Below, in pieces: positions 46,969 through 64,000 of a stretch of 64,000 nt of DNA (within the stretch, counting starts at the first letter, position 1; each line of letters opens with the position of its first letter). The DNA is taken from positions 3,162,001 to 3,226,000 of the forward strand of contig CM026547.1 of assembly GCA_014905635.1 (NCBI GenBank), written 5' to 3'. The translations under genes and the position numbers were made by a program. The notes beneath the pieces were generated by a model that did no database searches, had not been told where the DNA came from, and was given only the letters and a program-made list of their open reading frames with translations. Source of the DNA: Scenedesmus sp. PABB004. Its lineage: Eukaryota.

Positions 46969-49900
46969 ATGCGCTGCGCCGCCGCGCCGTCTCGCTCCCA
47001 CACGCGCGCACACCAGGTCCGGTCCCTCCCAGGGCGCCGGCTGCATTCGGGAGGCCCGATCCAGGGCGCCCCTGACCTCGCCGGCCGCGCGCGCCCCCGC
47101 AGGCGCACGCCCCGGCCCTCAGGCAGGCGCGCAGGCCGCTGAGCACCATGGCCAGCGCGGCAGGTGAGTGTGGCCGGCGCGCGGGGCGCGCGCGGCGCCC
47201 CGGCCGCCGTCCACGCCTCACGATGCAGCACCGCCTGCTGCCGCGCCGCAGCGGCGGGCGGCGATGGCCGGCCGACCGTGCTGGTGGCGGAGAAGCTCGG
47301 TGGCGCGGGTGGGTCCCCGGATCGCGGCGCCGCAGGGCGCCACGCGGCAGGGCGGCGCCGCGGGGCGGCGCGCCGGCGGGACCGGCATGGCGTTCCGGGG
47401 GGCGCGCGCGAGCCCCGTCGCGGCCCGCGCGCAGGCCTGGAGATGCTGCAGCAGCACGCCAACGTGGACTGCGCCTACAACATGACGCCGGAGGAGCTGT
47501 ACGCCAAGGTGGCCGTCTCCGAGGCCCTCATCGTGCGCAGCGCCACCAAGGTGCGCCGCGAGCGCCCGGCAGGGGGCGCGAGTGGCGGCGGCCGCCGTGC
47601 CGCGCGCCGGGAGGTGGCGCTGCGGGCAGCGCGGCGCCGCCGCGGGCGACGCCGGGCGGCGCCGAGCAGCGCGCTGCCCGCCGGCGGCCGCCCGCGCGCC
47701 CGCAGGTCACGCGCCAGGTGTTTGAGGCCTCCAAGGGCCGCCTCAAGGTGGTGGGCCGCGCCGGCGTGGGCGTGGACAACGTGGACCTCGCGGCCGCGAC
47801 TGAGGTGCGGCGGCGGGGCAGAGGGGCGCGCCGGCGGCGCGGCCCGCGGGCCTGCGCAGCGGGCTGCGCGCCAGCCTCCTCACGCCGCCGCGCCGCCGCC
47901 GCCGGCGCCGCCGGCCGCGCGCCGCAGTACGGCTGCCTGGTCGTGAACGCGCCGACCGCCAACACGGTCGCCGCGGCGGAGCACGGCATCGCGCTCATGT
48001 GCTCGCTCTCGCGCAACGTGAGCCAGGCGGACGCGAGCATGAAGGCGGGCAAGTGGGAGCGCAACAAGTACGTGGGCGTGAGCCTCGTCGACAAGACGCT
48101 CGCGATCATGGGCTTCGGCAAGGTGCGGTCACACGCGCGGGCGGCCGGGCGCGCGCTCGAGCGGCGGGCGGCGGGGCCGGGCGGCGGGCGGGTGGCAGCA
48201 GCCGGCAGCAGCTGGCGCGGGCGCAGCGGGCAGCGGGCGCGGCCGGCAGCAGGCACAGCAGGCGCAGCGGCAGGCGGGGCCGGCAAGTGCAGCAGGCGCA
48301 GCGGCAGGCGCGGCGGGGGCGCGCACCGGCGCTGCGCCGCCCGGCGCCGCGCCGCCCGGCGCTGCGCCACCCGGCGCCGCGCCCCCGCCGCGTGCGCTCG
48401 CGCGCGCGCGTCGCGCAGGTCGGCGGCGAGGTCGCGCGGCGCGCGCGCGGGCTTGGCATGACGGTCATCGCCTACGACCCCTACGCGAGCGAGGAGAAGG
48501 CGCGCGCGGTGGGCGTGACGCTGGTCAGCCTCGACGACGCGCTCGCGCAGGGCGACTTCTTCAGCCTCCACATGCCGCTCACGCCCGGGACGAAGAAGAT
48601 GTTCAACGACGCCGCGTTTGCCAAGATGAAGCGCGGCGCGCGCATCATGAACGTCGCGCGCGGCGGCGTGATCGACGACGACGCGCTCGCGCGCGCGCTC
48701 GACGCCGGCATCGTCGCCGCGGCCGCGCTCGACGTGTTTGAGGAGGAGCCGCCCAAGTTCGAGGGCCACCCCCTCATCGGCCGGTGCGGGGGGGGGGGGG
48801 GGGGGGGGGACGGACCCGCGCCGCGCGCGCCGGCCGCGGGGGACCCGCGGCAGCGCAGCCGCCGCGCCGCGCGCCCGGGGGCCGCCGCCGCGCCGCGCGC
48901 CGCCGCGCCGACCACGCGCCGCCCGCGCGCCGCCGCGCCGACCACGCGCCGCCCGCGCGCCGCCGCCCGCCGCAGGCCCAACGTCGTGTGCACGCCGCAC
49001 CTGGGCGCGTCGACGACGGAGGCGCAGGAGGGCGTGTCGACGGAGGTTGCCGAGGCGGTCATCGACGCGCTCGCGGGCAAGCTCTCCACGACCGCCGTCA
49101 ACGCGCCGCTCGTGTCGGCGGAGGTGCTCAAGGAGCTCGCGCCCTACGTCGCCCTCGCGGAGGGCCTCGGCAAGGTGACCGGCCCGGCGGCAGCAAAGGC
49201 GCTGCAGCTCGCCGCGGGGCGAGGCCCAGGGGTGCTGCTGCGGCGGCGCCGCGCACTCGGCCGGCGGGGCGGCAATTGACCGCCCGCTGCGCCGCGTGGT
49301 GCCGCTCCGTGTGCTGCTGCCGCCAGGCGGGCGTGACGCTCGTGTCTGACGCCGGGTTCACCGACATCAGCATCGTGTACAGCAGCCCGCGCGGGGACGA
49401 CCTCGACACGCGCCTGCTGCGCGCGATGGTCATCAAGGGCATCCTCGAGCAGACCACGACCGCCAACGTCAACCTCGTCAACGCCGACCTGCTCGCCAAG
49501 AACCGCGGCCTGCGCATCAGCGAGGTCACCATCCGCACCGACGGCAGGCGCGTGTCGCGGGGCGCGGCCGCGGCGCGGGCCGCCCGCGCACGCGCCGCGC
49601 GCCGCCCGGCGGCGGGGCGGCGCGGGCCCGCCCGCGCGCGCGCCGCGGGTCGGTTGCTGACGCGCCGCGCCGCCCGCGCCCGCGCGCCCGCCGCGCAGCG
49701 ACGTGCTGTCGTCGCTGAGCGTCGCGCTCGGCACGTCCAAGGCGACGTTCAGCGCGGCGGTCGACAAGAGCGGGCGCATCTTCGTCGAGGGCGCGGTCAA
49801 GGCGGGCGTGCCGTACCTCACCAAGGTCGGCGGCTTTGACGTCGAGCTCGCGATGCAGGGCAGCGTGCTGCTCTGCCGCCAGCGCGACCAGCCCGGCATC

Positions 49901-50210
49901 GTCGGCAACGTGGGCATGGCCCTCGCCAAGGGCGGCGTCAACATCAGCTTCATGACCGTCTGCCGCACCAGCCGCAACGAGGAGGCGATCATGGCCATCG
50001 GCATCGACGACGAGCCCTCCGCAGAGGTGCGCCGGCTGGGCGGCCGCGGGCGCGCGGCGCGGCGCGCGGCGGGGCCGCTGCCGCGCGGAAGGCGCGGCGG
50101 GGGCCCACGCGCGCCGCCGCCGCCGCCGCCCGGCCCGGCGCGCGCCGCAGATCATGGGTGACATTAAGAAGGTCAACGGCATCCAGGAGGTCGCGATCTT
50201 CAAGGACTGA
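46969..50210 (+). CDS. PGDH: D-3-phosphoglycerate dehydrogenase with C-terminal ACT domain, plastid-targeted, multi-exon
   Basis: LIVRSATKV, VGRAGVGVDNVD, NAPTANT.AAAEH, GFGKVG, NVARGG, TPHLGAST.EAQ, DQPGIVG; transit exon 46969-47016 splices in frame to MASAA. Confidence 0.95.
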
Positions 50211-50906
50211 GCTGACGCCCCAGGGGGGACAGGACCGGCAGCAGCGGCGGCAGCGGCGCCGGCGGCGGGCGGCGCCGCGGCGCGGCGCGGCCGCGGCGGG
50301 GTTGGTCGTGGCATTGTTCGCGGCGCGGCGCGCCCGCGGCAGCGGGGGGCGCGGGCAGGGGCCGCGACCGCCATAGCGCGCGGGGCGCCAGCGCGCGCCC
50401 GGCGCAGCAGCAGCGGGGGGAGATTGCTGGCTGGCGGCGCGTGGGGCTCGCCTCCCTTGGCATTGTGTTCCTGTCGGCGGGCGGCCGTCTGCGCGGCGCC
50501 TGATCCGGCCGGGCGGCTGCAGTGCGGCCGAGCGGCCCACGCCAGCGCGCTCTGTGACCATTGTGCTCGGACCGACCGCGGGTAACAGGCGAGGCAGCGG
50601 CCGCACGGTTGCGCGCGCGACCGCTCGCGCCGCTGCGGCCCGGCGCGCCCAGCAGCGTCCCTCGGCGGCGCCGCTAAGCGCGCGTTCCTGCATGTGGGCG
50701 AGCCCCTGCGTTTGAGTGGTGGGCCTGTCATCAAAGCGACGCGTCGCAGCTGCGCCCCGACGCGCACGCCGCCGGCGCATGCGACGCGCCTGCCTGCTGC
50801 GCTGCCACAGCGCCCTCCCCGCCCTCCCCGCCCTGCACCCCGCGCCCGGAACAGGCAGAGCTCTCCCCACGGCGCAGCCCGCTCAAGCCCCGCACAGGGC
50901 GCCAGA

Positions 50907-52033
50907 ATGCCGTGCCCGCTCTCGCCGGCCGCCCTGCCGGCGACACTGCGTGCCGCGCTCAACTGGCTCATCATGCGCCTGGCGTGGCTGGCGGGGGACT
51001 GGTTCGGCTGGCGCGCGCCGCTCGCGGTGCTGCCGCCGCAGCTGGTGGGCAGGACTGCGGTCGTGGCCGGTGCCAACGCGGGCCTCGGCTTCGAGACCAC
51101 GCAGGCGCTGCTGCAGCAGGGCGCGACCGTCGTCATGGCCTGCCGCAGCCTGGAGGCCGGCGCGGCGGCGCGGTCTGCGATCCTGGCGCGCCCCGGCGCG
51201 GCCGGCCCCGCGGGTGACGCGGCGTCGCGGCTGATCGTGCTGCACCTCGACCTGGAGGACTTTGCATCCATCAAGGCGTTCGCCGAGGCCTTCCGCGCGC
51301 TGCGCCGCCCGCTGCACCTGCTCGTAAACAACGCAGGCGCGCCGCGCGGCGCGCGCAGCGTGGCACGCGGCGCGGCACGCGGCGCGGCGCGGCGCGGCGC
51401 CGACCACTCAGCCCGATCCCCCAGTGCGCGCGCGTCAGGGGCGAGGCCTCGTCGGCGGCTGCGGCGCGTGAGCGCTGCCGGGCCTCGTTGCGCCGCCGCA
51501 GGCGTGCACCTCAAGCCGCACAAGGTCGTGCCGCCGGGCGTCGAGCGCACGATGGCGAGCAACTTTGTGGGGCCGGTCATGCTGACGCTGGCGCTGCTGC
51601 CGGAGCTCACCGCGTCGGCGCCCGCGCGGTGTGTGCGGCGCCGGCCGGCGGCCGGTCCGCGCGCGCGCTGCGACCGTGCGCGCCGCCGACGCCCCGCGCG
51701 GGCGCCCCGCAGCGTCGTCAACGTCGCGTCGGTGTCTGAGCTTCTCTGGTTCTGGTACACGCTGGCGCTGCCGCTCGACGACCTGCGCGGGCGCCGCCTG
51801 CCGGACAGCGGCGAGCGGGCCTACGTCATCTCCAAGGCGCGCACACGGCGTGCGCGGGCGCACGCGGGCGGCAGCGCGGCGGGCGCGGGCGCGGTGGGCG
51901 ACGCCGCCCGCTCCCGGCCGCGCGCAGGTGATGGTGCTCATGTTCACGCGCGAGCTCGCGCGCTGCCTCGAGGGCACCGGCGTGGACGTGTTTGCTGGTG
52001 CGCGCCGCGCCGCGCGCCCGCCGGCCGGCGTGA

Positions 52034-52081
<48 letters not shown>

Positions 52082-52647
52082 CGCCGCCGCCGCCGCCGCT
52101 CACCGGCTCACCGCCGCGTGCCGCACCGCCGCTGCTGGCCGGGCCGTGGCCAGTCCACCCGGGCATTGCCGACACGACCTGGTACCTCAAGAGCGACGAC
52201 CGGGCCTACCTGTTCAGCTGGCTCATTGCACGCGCGCGCGCGCTGCTGCCCGCGCTGCGCGTGGGCCAGCCCGCCGCGTGCGCCGCGCTGTCGACCATCT
52301 ACGCCTCGCTCGCGCCCGAGCTCGCGGGCGCGACCTCCACGCGCGCCAGCGCGGGCCCGCTCGACGCCGCCGCGCGCGCGCTGTTTGGCGGCCGGCTGCG
52401 CTACTTTGGGCCGAGCTACGCGGCGCTCGTCGCGCTCGGGCCGTTTGCCAACTTCCGCAACACCGGCCGCGTGTGGGCGGTCAACCCGTGGGTCTACAGC
52501 CGCGCTGCGTGCAAGCGCCTCTACGACGCCGCGCTGGCGCTGACCAAGGAGCTCGGCGCGGAGCTGGACGCCGCCAGCGGCGGCGGCGGCGCCGGCGGCG
52601 GCGGCGGCGACGGGGAGCGCGCGGGCGGGCAGAAGAAGCGCAGCTGA
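50907..52647 (+). CDS. Short-chain dehydrogenase/reductase (retinol dehydrogenase-like), multi-exon
   Basis: VAGANAGLG, LDLED, LVNNAG, VVNVAS, YVISK (YxxxK), VHPG; TGTAA at 52686. Confidence 0.9.
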
Positions 52648-52778
52648 CCGGCCCAGCGCGGCGGCGGCGGCGGCGGCGGCGGCGGTGTAAAGAGATGCAG
52701 TTGCCAGGGCGTCGCAGCACCCAGCCGACGCCGGCCGCCCGCGCGCACGCCGCCCGCCCTCGCGCGCGGCCGCCCGCC

Positions 52779-53246
52779 TCAGTCGGCTGGTGGTATGCTG
52801 CGCAGGTGGGCGTCGAGCGTCGCGATGATGCCGGGCGCGAGCTTCTGCGCCACCTCAATCATCTCCTGCGCGGCGCGCCAAGGCAGCCGGGCGCGGTGCT
52901 CGGCGCTGCTCGGCCGCGCGCCCGCGGCGCGCCCGCCGCGCGCCGCCGTCGCGCTGCCCGCCCCCCGGGGGCCCACCTGCGCGAGGCTGGGGTCGAGGCC
53001 GCCGGCGCCCGACTTGGTCACCCCGACCACGCGCGCCGCGCTGTTGACCGCGACGCTCAGCGCCGCGGCGGCGCAGGGCTCCTCCTCGAGGGAGAGGTCC
53101 ACCACGCTGCGCGCGCCCACCTGGCTGACCGTCACGATGACCGGCACGGCGCTCACGTCCAGCGGCGCCGCCTCGCGCTCGCCGCTGAGCTCCACCTCCG
53201 GGTCCTCGCCCTCGTCCATCGTCAGCTCAACCTGCGGCCCCGGCGG

Positions 53247-53282
<36 letters not shown>

Positions 53283-54006
53283 GGCGCAGCGGTCGCACGC
53301 TGGCGCGGCCGCGCGAGCCGCTCCCCTTCACCCTCCCTGTCAGCGGCGCTTTTGCCGCCGCCGCGCGCCTTGTACACGCGCGTGAGGCCGAGCGCGGCGC
53401 GCGCGGCGATGCTGAGGGCGTCGAGCACGTTGCCGCCGTCGTTGAGCACGAGCGCGTCGACGTACACCACCCACGCGACCTTGCCCGGCAGCAGGCAGAG
53501 CGCGGCGAGGTCCAGCCCGCCGCCGCCCGCGGGCGCGCCGACGAGGCTCGCCTCGAGCGCGGACGCGAGCTCGATGCCCCAGCCCTCGCCGCCGCGGCCC
53601 TTGAACTCGGGCGACGCGCACGAGCTGCACTCGACGCTGACCAGCACCTGCCCGTGGTCGGGGCGGGCGCTGTCGGGGCTGCCCAGCTCCACCTGCGTGG
53701 TGGCAGGGAGGCGGCGGCGTGGGCTCCAGCGGCTCGGGCGCGCAGTGGCGCGGCGGCGGCCGCCGGCCGGAGCAGCCTGTGCCAGCACAGCGGCGGCAGC
53801 GGCGGTGGCCGCGCGGCGCGCGCCTTCACGCCCACGAGCACGTCCGTGGAGCCCAGGTGCAGGCGCGCGGAGCCGTCCGCCTGCGCCACGACGTTGGCCT
53901 CCAGCTCCAGCGGCCGAAAGTCGCCTCGGGCGCGGCCATCGTTGCGCACGCCCTGCTCGATGCCGCCCACGATGAAGACGCGCTCGCCCGCGCTGATGTC
54001 GGCCAT
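52779..54006 (-). CDS. RRP42: Exosome complex subunit RRP42 (EXOSC7), multi-exon
   Basis: ISAGERVFI..GI...VRNDGR...DFR, GSARL..G.TDVLVGVK, WVVYVDALVL..GGNVLDA, VVDLS.EEE. Confidence 0.92.
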
Positions 54007-54458
54007 GCCGTCACGCCTGCATCGGAGGCGCGGCCGCGCCCAGCTGCGCCGGCGGGCGCGGCGGCGCGGCGCGGCGGCTGCTGCTGCTGCTCGGCCGCTG
54101 CTGCTGCTGCCCGCTGCTGCTGCTTGCTGGCAGGACGTCGTGAGGGCCGGCCTTGGTTGCGGTGGGCCGATTGGTGGGCGGCGGAAAGCCCGTCGACGGC
54201 GGTCAGTGACGACGACAGCGACGCACGTCAGCCGTCCGTTCGCGCGCGACACAAGGCCGCGCGCCCGCCACCGCGCGCCCACTCCCAGGTGCCACATCAC
54301 GGCTCGCCGGCAGCCTCACACAGTCAGGACCAGCCGCAGCACTGCGCGGCAGCGCCGCCGGCAGCGCCGGCAGCGACCGCGGCAGCGCCGGCAGCGCGGC
54401 AGCGCCGGCAGCGCGGCAGCGCCGGCAGCGGCAGCGGCGCCGGCGCCCGCGCGCGGGC

Positions 54459-54821
54459 ATGGCGGCCGCGCCGCCCGCGCCGGGGCGGCCCGCGCGCCCG
54501 CCGCCGCCGGGGCGGCGCTTTGCCTCGCTGTCCGAGTTCTACGAGCACTACCGCGGCGAGCACCGCCGCACTGGCACGCGCGTACTGCATGTGCTGGGGA
54601 CGGCGTCGTTCATCGGGCAGGCCGCCGCCGCGGCGCACCTGCGCGCGCCGCGCCTCCTCGTGAGCGGCGTGATCAGCGCCTATGCACTCGCCTGGTGCGG
54701 GCACTTTCTGGTCGAGCGCAACCGCCCCGCGACATTTAGGCACCCCCTGATGAGCCTGGTCAGCGACTTTGTCATGTTTTTCAACATCCTCACCCGCCGC
54801 GAGCCGCTGTGCGGCGGCTGA
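54459..54821 (+). CDS. DUF962/Mpo1-like small membrane protein
   Basis: EFYEHY.GEH....R.LHVLGT, YALAWCGHFLVERNRPATFRHP.MSL..DF.MF; TGTAA at 54876. Confidence 0.9.
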   Translation: MAAAPPAPGRPARPPPPGRRFASLSEFYEHYRGEHRRTGTRVLHVLGTASFIGQAAAAAHLRAPRLLVSGVISAYALAWCGHFLVERNRPATFRHPLMSLVSDFVMFFNILTRREPLCGG

Positions 54822-54958
54822 CCGGCGCGGCGCCATCAGCTCGTGTGCCGGGGTTGACGCCGGGGCTCAAGTTGCTGTAACGCGCCTGCGGGGCCGCGTA
54901 CGTGGCCGGGCTCCCTCCCTCCACTCACAGACAGCAGGGGGCCAGCGGCAGCCGGGCG

Positions 54959-56419
54959 ATGGGCGGCGGCGACATGGCAGCGGCAGCGGCGCAGGTCCGC
55001 GCGCTGCTCTCAGCGGCGCGGAGCGTGGTCGTTCTCACGGGCGCGGGCGTGTCGGCCGAGTCCGGCATCCCGACGTTTCGCGGGGAGGGCGGCTGGTGGC
55101 GAAAGTGGGTGGCGCCGCGCGGGGCGAGCAGCAGCAGTGTGCGCTGCCGCCCGCCGCGGAGGGGCCTGGCCTCAAAACACGCGCAGCGGGCGCCCAACGC
55201 AGCAGCCGGCGCCTCTGACCTCCCACGAGAGCAGCGACAGCTGGCGCCGCCCTCACGCGCCGCTGCCGCCGCCGCCCGCCCGCTGCAGGTATGATGCGAC
55301 GACCCTGGCAACGCCCCAGGCCTTCGCCCGCGACCCTTCATCGGTCTGGGAGTTCTATCACTACCGCCGCGAGGTCACGGCGCGCTGCGCGCCCAACCCG
55401 GCGCACGTCGCGCTGGCGGCGTTTGAGCGGCGCGCGGCGGCCGAGGGGCGGCGCTTCACGCTCGTCACGCAAAACATCGACCGCCTGCACCACGACGCCG
55501 GCAGCCGCGCCGTGATCGAGCTCCACGGCAGCCTCTGGGACGTCGTCGCCGCGACGCCGGGCGGCGGGCGCGACCCCGCGACGCCGCCGCGGGAGGACCG
55601 CACGCAGGCGCGCTGCGCGCCACGGCGGCCCGCGCCACGGCGGCCGCAGGCGCCCGGCGCGGGCGGGCTCGGCGCGGGCGCTGCGCGTCGCCCGAGCGCG
55701 CCGCCCGCGCCGCCGCCGCCGCGCCCGCAGCCGCTGGTGCCGGCGCTCGCCGGCACGGGCGACCCCGACGGGCAGGCGGCAGACATCCCGAGTGAGCCGG
55801 CGCGCCACCGCCGCCGCCGCCGGCCACGCCATGCGCCCGCCGCCGGCGCTGCCGCGCACAGCTGACCGGGGAGCGCGCAGCGCGCGCCGCCCGCCGACGC
55901 GGCCGCCGCCGCCGCCGGGCGCGGCCCGCGCGCGTACGCCGCGTCGCGCCGCAGTCGAGGACCTGCCGCACGATGGCGAGGGCCGCCTGCTGCGCCCTGG
56001 CGTCGTGTGGTTTGAGGAGCCGCTCGACGACCGCGTGCTGGACGCGGTCGAGGAGGCGCTGGACGGCGCCGACCTGCTGGTGAGGGCTCGCCCGCCGCGC
56101 GGGGCGCGTTCTTGCAGCACGGCGCGCCAGCTCACCGCCCTCCTCCCTCCCCGCACGCACACCGCCCTTAACGCCTCAGCTGGTGGTGGGCACGAGCTCC
56201 GTCGTGTGGCCCGCAGCGGGCTTCGCGCCGCAGGTCGCCGCGCGCGGCGTGCCGGTCGTGGAGGTCAACCTGGAGCCGACGAACAACTCCGCCGCCTGCA
56301 CGCACAGCCTGCAGGGCCGCGCGGGCGAGCTGCTGCCGGGGCTGCTGGGCGTCGCGGACGAGCCCGACGTGGCCGCAGCGGTCGCGGCGGCTGCGCGGCG
56401 GCGGGCACAGCGCGTGTAG
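54959..56419 (+). CDS. SIRT5: Class III sirtuin (SIRT5/CobB-like NAD-dependent deacylase), multi-exon
   Basis: [24 protein letters not shown] (YxxR), [37 protein letters not shown] at 56576. Confidence 0.92.
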
Positions 56420-56651
56420 CGCGGCGCGTGCGCCGCGGCGGGGCCGACTGGTCTGTCTGTCTGCGCGCGCGGCCGTGCGTGGCGCGCGCTGCGCTCTCTG
56501 CTTGCACCTCATCACGCGCACGCCCTCTCGCTCGCACGCCTCCTGCAGCCTCGCGCGCCGCGCGCGCAGCGGCGCTGTAACACGCGCCCGGCCGCGCCGC
56601 CGCCGCGCCGCCGCTCGCGCCCCGCCGCGCCCCGCCCCGCCGCGCCGCGCG

Positions 56652-61636
<4,985 letters not shown>

Positions 61637-61828
61637 GCGGCCGCAGCGCCTGCCCGCGCAGCGCGCCGCTGGCGCGGCGGCGCGGCAGCAGCGCCCGGCG
61701 GCGGCCGCTCGCTGCCTGCGCGCCCGCGCGCGCGCTGCGGCGCCGGCGGCGGGGGGCGCCGGCGGCCGAGGAGGGCGGCGAATGTGCAGGGCGCGCCCGG
61801 GGTGCGCTGGGCGGGCGCTGGGCGGGCG

Positions 61829-61840
61829 GGCCAATCAGCA
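61829..61840 (+). promoter_or_regulatory. CCAAT box in the PRP43/PDX1 divergent promoter
   Basis: GGCCAATCAG preceded by GGGCGG motifs; a similar CCGATTGG lies at about 54167 between RRP42 and the DUF962 gene. Confidence 0.4.
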
Positions 61841-62126
61841 CCGGCGGTGCTTGCTCCGGCTGCTGGAGTGGCGCGCTGCGGCGCGAGGGTGGTGGCGGCC
61901 GCGAGTGTGTGGGGCCCAGCAGCGGGCCGCAGCAGGTGCAGCGCAGGCGCCGGGGCAGCCCGGCGGGCGCTGTCGCGGCCGGCGCGCCGTCGCGTTTGGC
62001 CCGCGCCGCACTCGTTCCCGCCACAGCCCCGCCGTCCGCGACGCCCCGCCCAGCCCAGCCGCCGCCGTCGCGCAGCGCGAGGCCCGCACTCCCCCGGCGC
62101 GCCGCTTCCCTCCGCAGCTCGCCGCC

Positions 62127-63582
62127 ATGGAGGCGCAGACCGGCACGTTCGCCGTGAAGGTGCGCCGCCGCGCCGCACCGCGGTCGCCGCGCGCCGCGCC
62201 GGCGGCATCGCTGGCGCATCGGCGAGAGTGGCAGCCCTCCCCGCGCGCCTGCGCGCCGGCGCCCCGCCTACGCGCCCGGCCGGCGACGCGAGCAGCCAGC
62301 GCGGCGCCAGCGCGGGCCGCCCGCGCGCGGGCGCGCCGGCGCGGGCGGCGCGGCGCGGCCACACACGCCGCCGCTGCCGGCGGCGGCACGGCCACGCGCG
62401 GCTGCGGCCACGCGCCGCCGCGGCGCGGGCCCGGCCCGGGCGCGCGCCGCACGCCGCGGAGCCGTCGCCTGGCAGCGGCGCGCCGCGCCGGCAGCCGCCG
62501 TGCGGGGCCCGCGCCGCGCCGCCGCTGCGCGGCCCGCGCGCTGACCCTACCACGCCGCCGCCGCGGCGCAGGTGGGCCTGGCCCAGATGCTCAAGGGCGG
62601 CGTCATCATGGACGTGACGACGCCCGAGGAGGCGCGCATCGCGGAGGAGGCGGGCGCGGTCGCGGTCATGGCGCTCGAGCGCGTGCCCGCCGACATCCGC
62701 AAGGACGGCGGCGTCGCGCGAATGAGCGACGCGAGCGTGATCAAGGCCATCAAGGAGGCGGTCACCATCCCCGTCATGGCCAAGGCCCGCATCGGGCACT
62801 TTGTGGAGGCCCAGATCCTCGAGGCGCTCGACGTCGACTACATCGACGAGAGCGAGGTGCAGAGCGCGGCGCGGCGGCGTTCAGCGCGGGGGGCTGTATC
62901 GCGCCCACGCGCCGGCAGCCGGCGCTGCGCCGGCACGGCGCGCGGGGGCCGCCGCGCCGCGCGCTCACCCCTCTCCTCACCGCCCGCTCACCCCGCCGCC
63001 GCGCGCCGCGCGCAGGTGCTGACGCCGGCGGACGAGATCCACCACATCAACAAGCACAACTTCAAGGTGCCCTTTGTCTGCGGCTGCCGCGACCTCGGCG
63101 AGGCGCTGCGCCGCATCGCGGAGGGCGCGGCGATGATCCGCACCAAGGGCGAGGCGGGCACGGGCAACGTCGTCGAGGCGGTGCGCCACGCGCGCGCGGT
63201 CATGGGCGCGATCCGGCAGCTGCAGACGATGGACGACGACGAGCTCTATGTCTACGCCAAGGAGATCCGCGCGCCCGTGGAGCTGCTGCGCCAGACCAAG
63301 ACGCTCGGCCGGCTGCCGGTCGTCAACTTTGCGGCCGGCGGCGTCGCGACGCCCGCCGACGCGGCGCTGATGATGCAGCTGGGCATGGACGGCGTGTTTG
63401 TCGGCAGCGGCATCTTCAAGAGCGGCGACCCCTCCACGCGCGCGCGCGCGATCGTGCAGGCCGTGACGCACTACACCAACGGCAAGGTGCTCGCCGAGGT
63501 ATCGTGCGGCCTCGGCGAGCCCATGGTCGGCATCGACGTGCGGGAGAAGGGCTTTGCCAGCTACGCCAACCGCTCCGAGTGA
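62127..63582 (+). CDS. PDX1: Pyridoxal 5'-phosphate synthase subunit PDX1, 3 exons
   Basis: [62 protein letters not shown]. Confidence 0.98.
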
Positions 63583-64000
63583 GCGGGCGCGGCGCGGCGC
63601 GACGCGCGGCGAGCGGCGCGGCGCAACGCGGTCGCCCACACGCAGCGGCGGCAGGAGCACGGGGCGGGGCGGCACTGACTCGGGGCAGCAGCGCGGCCGC
63701 GCGGCCGCGTGGCGGCGGGTCCGCGGGCGCGCGGCGCACGCGCGGCTGCGGGGCGGCACACATTGTGCGGGCACGGGGCCGCCGCAGCTGCGGCGCGCGC
63801 TAATGAAACCTCTCATGTGCGTGCCGGGCGCCGGTCCGATCCGAGCAGACGCGCGCCGCTCAGTGCCAGTGCGCCCGCCGGCACCAGCGGCGGTGCAGCG
63901 CGGCCGAACCCTGCCCGTCGCAACTCGTCGCTGCGCGCATCCCCAACTCGTCGCCGCCTCCGCTGCCGCCTGGCTCTCGCACGAGCGCGCTCGCGGCGCC

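Overview
Eukaryotic, extremely GC-rich, gene-dense nuclear DNA with many short introns and TGTAA poly(A) signals, most consistent with a chlorophycean green alga (the taxon is an inference). Exon structures were read by eye, so CDS coordinates are gene spans from start to stop codon including introns. In order, the window holds: the 3' end of an L1-type non-LTR retrotransposon, an acyltransferase-3 gene, a decayed CACTA/CMC-type DNA transposon, a cytochrome P450, a small plastid protein, a TIGR04168-like metallophosphoesterase, a coiled-coil orphan, a YbaK-OB-DEDDy exonuclease fusion, POP4, a Ser/Thr kinase, a zinc-finger RluA, TMCO1, NEMP, an orphan repeat protein enclosed by a ~650-bp inverted duplication, CARNMT1, an Aha1-N protein, starch synthase II, an RBM5/SUA-like factor, PGDH, an SDR, RRP42, a DUF962 protein, a SIRT5-like sirtuin, PRP43 and PDX1. 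The best leads are: (1) the tRNA-deacylase/anticodon-OB/3'-5' exonuclease fusion, a candidate single-chain tRNA quality-control enzyme; (2) a SIRT5-type sirtuin lacking all four zinc-binding cysteines; (3) a 78-nt miRNA-like hairpin with a perfect 24-bp stem in a PRP43 intron; (4) the inverted duplication around the orphan gene; (5) unusually frequent GC-AG introns. No database searches were possible, so all novelty claims are untested.
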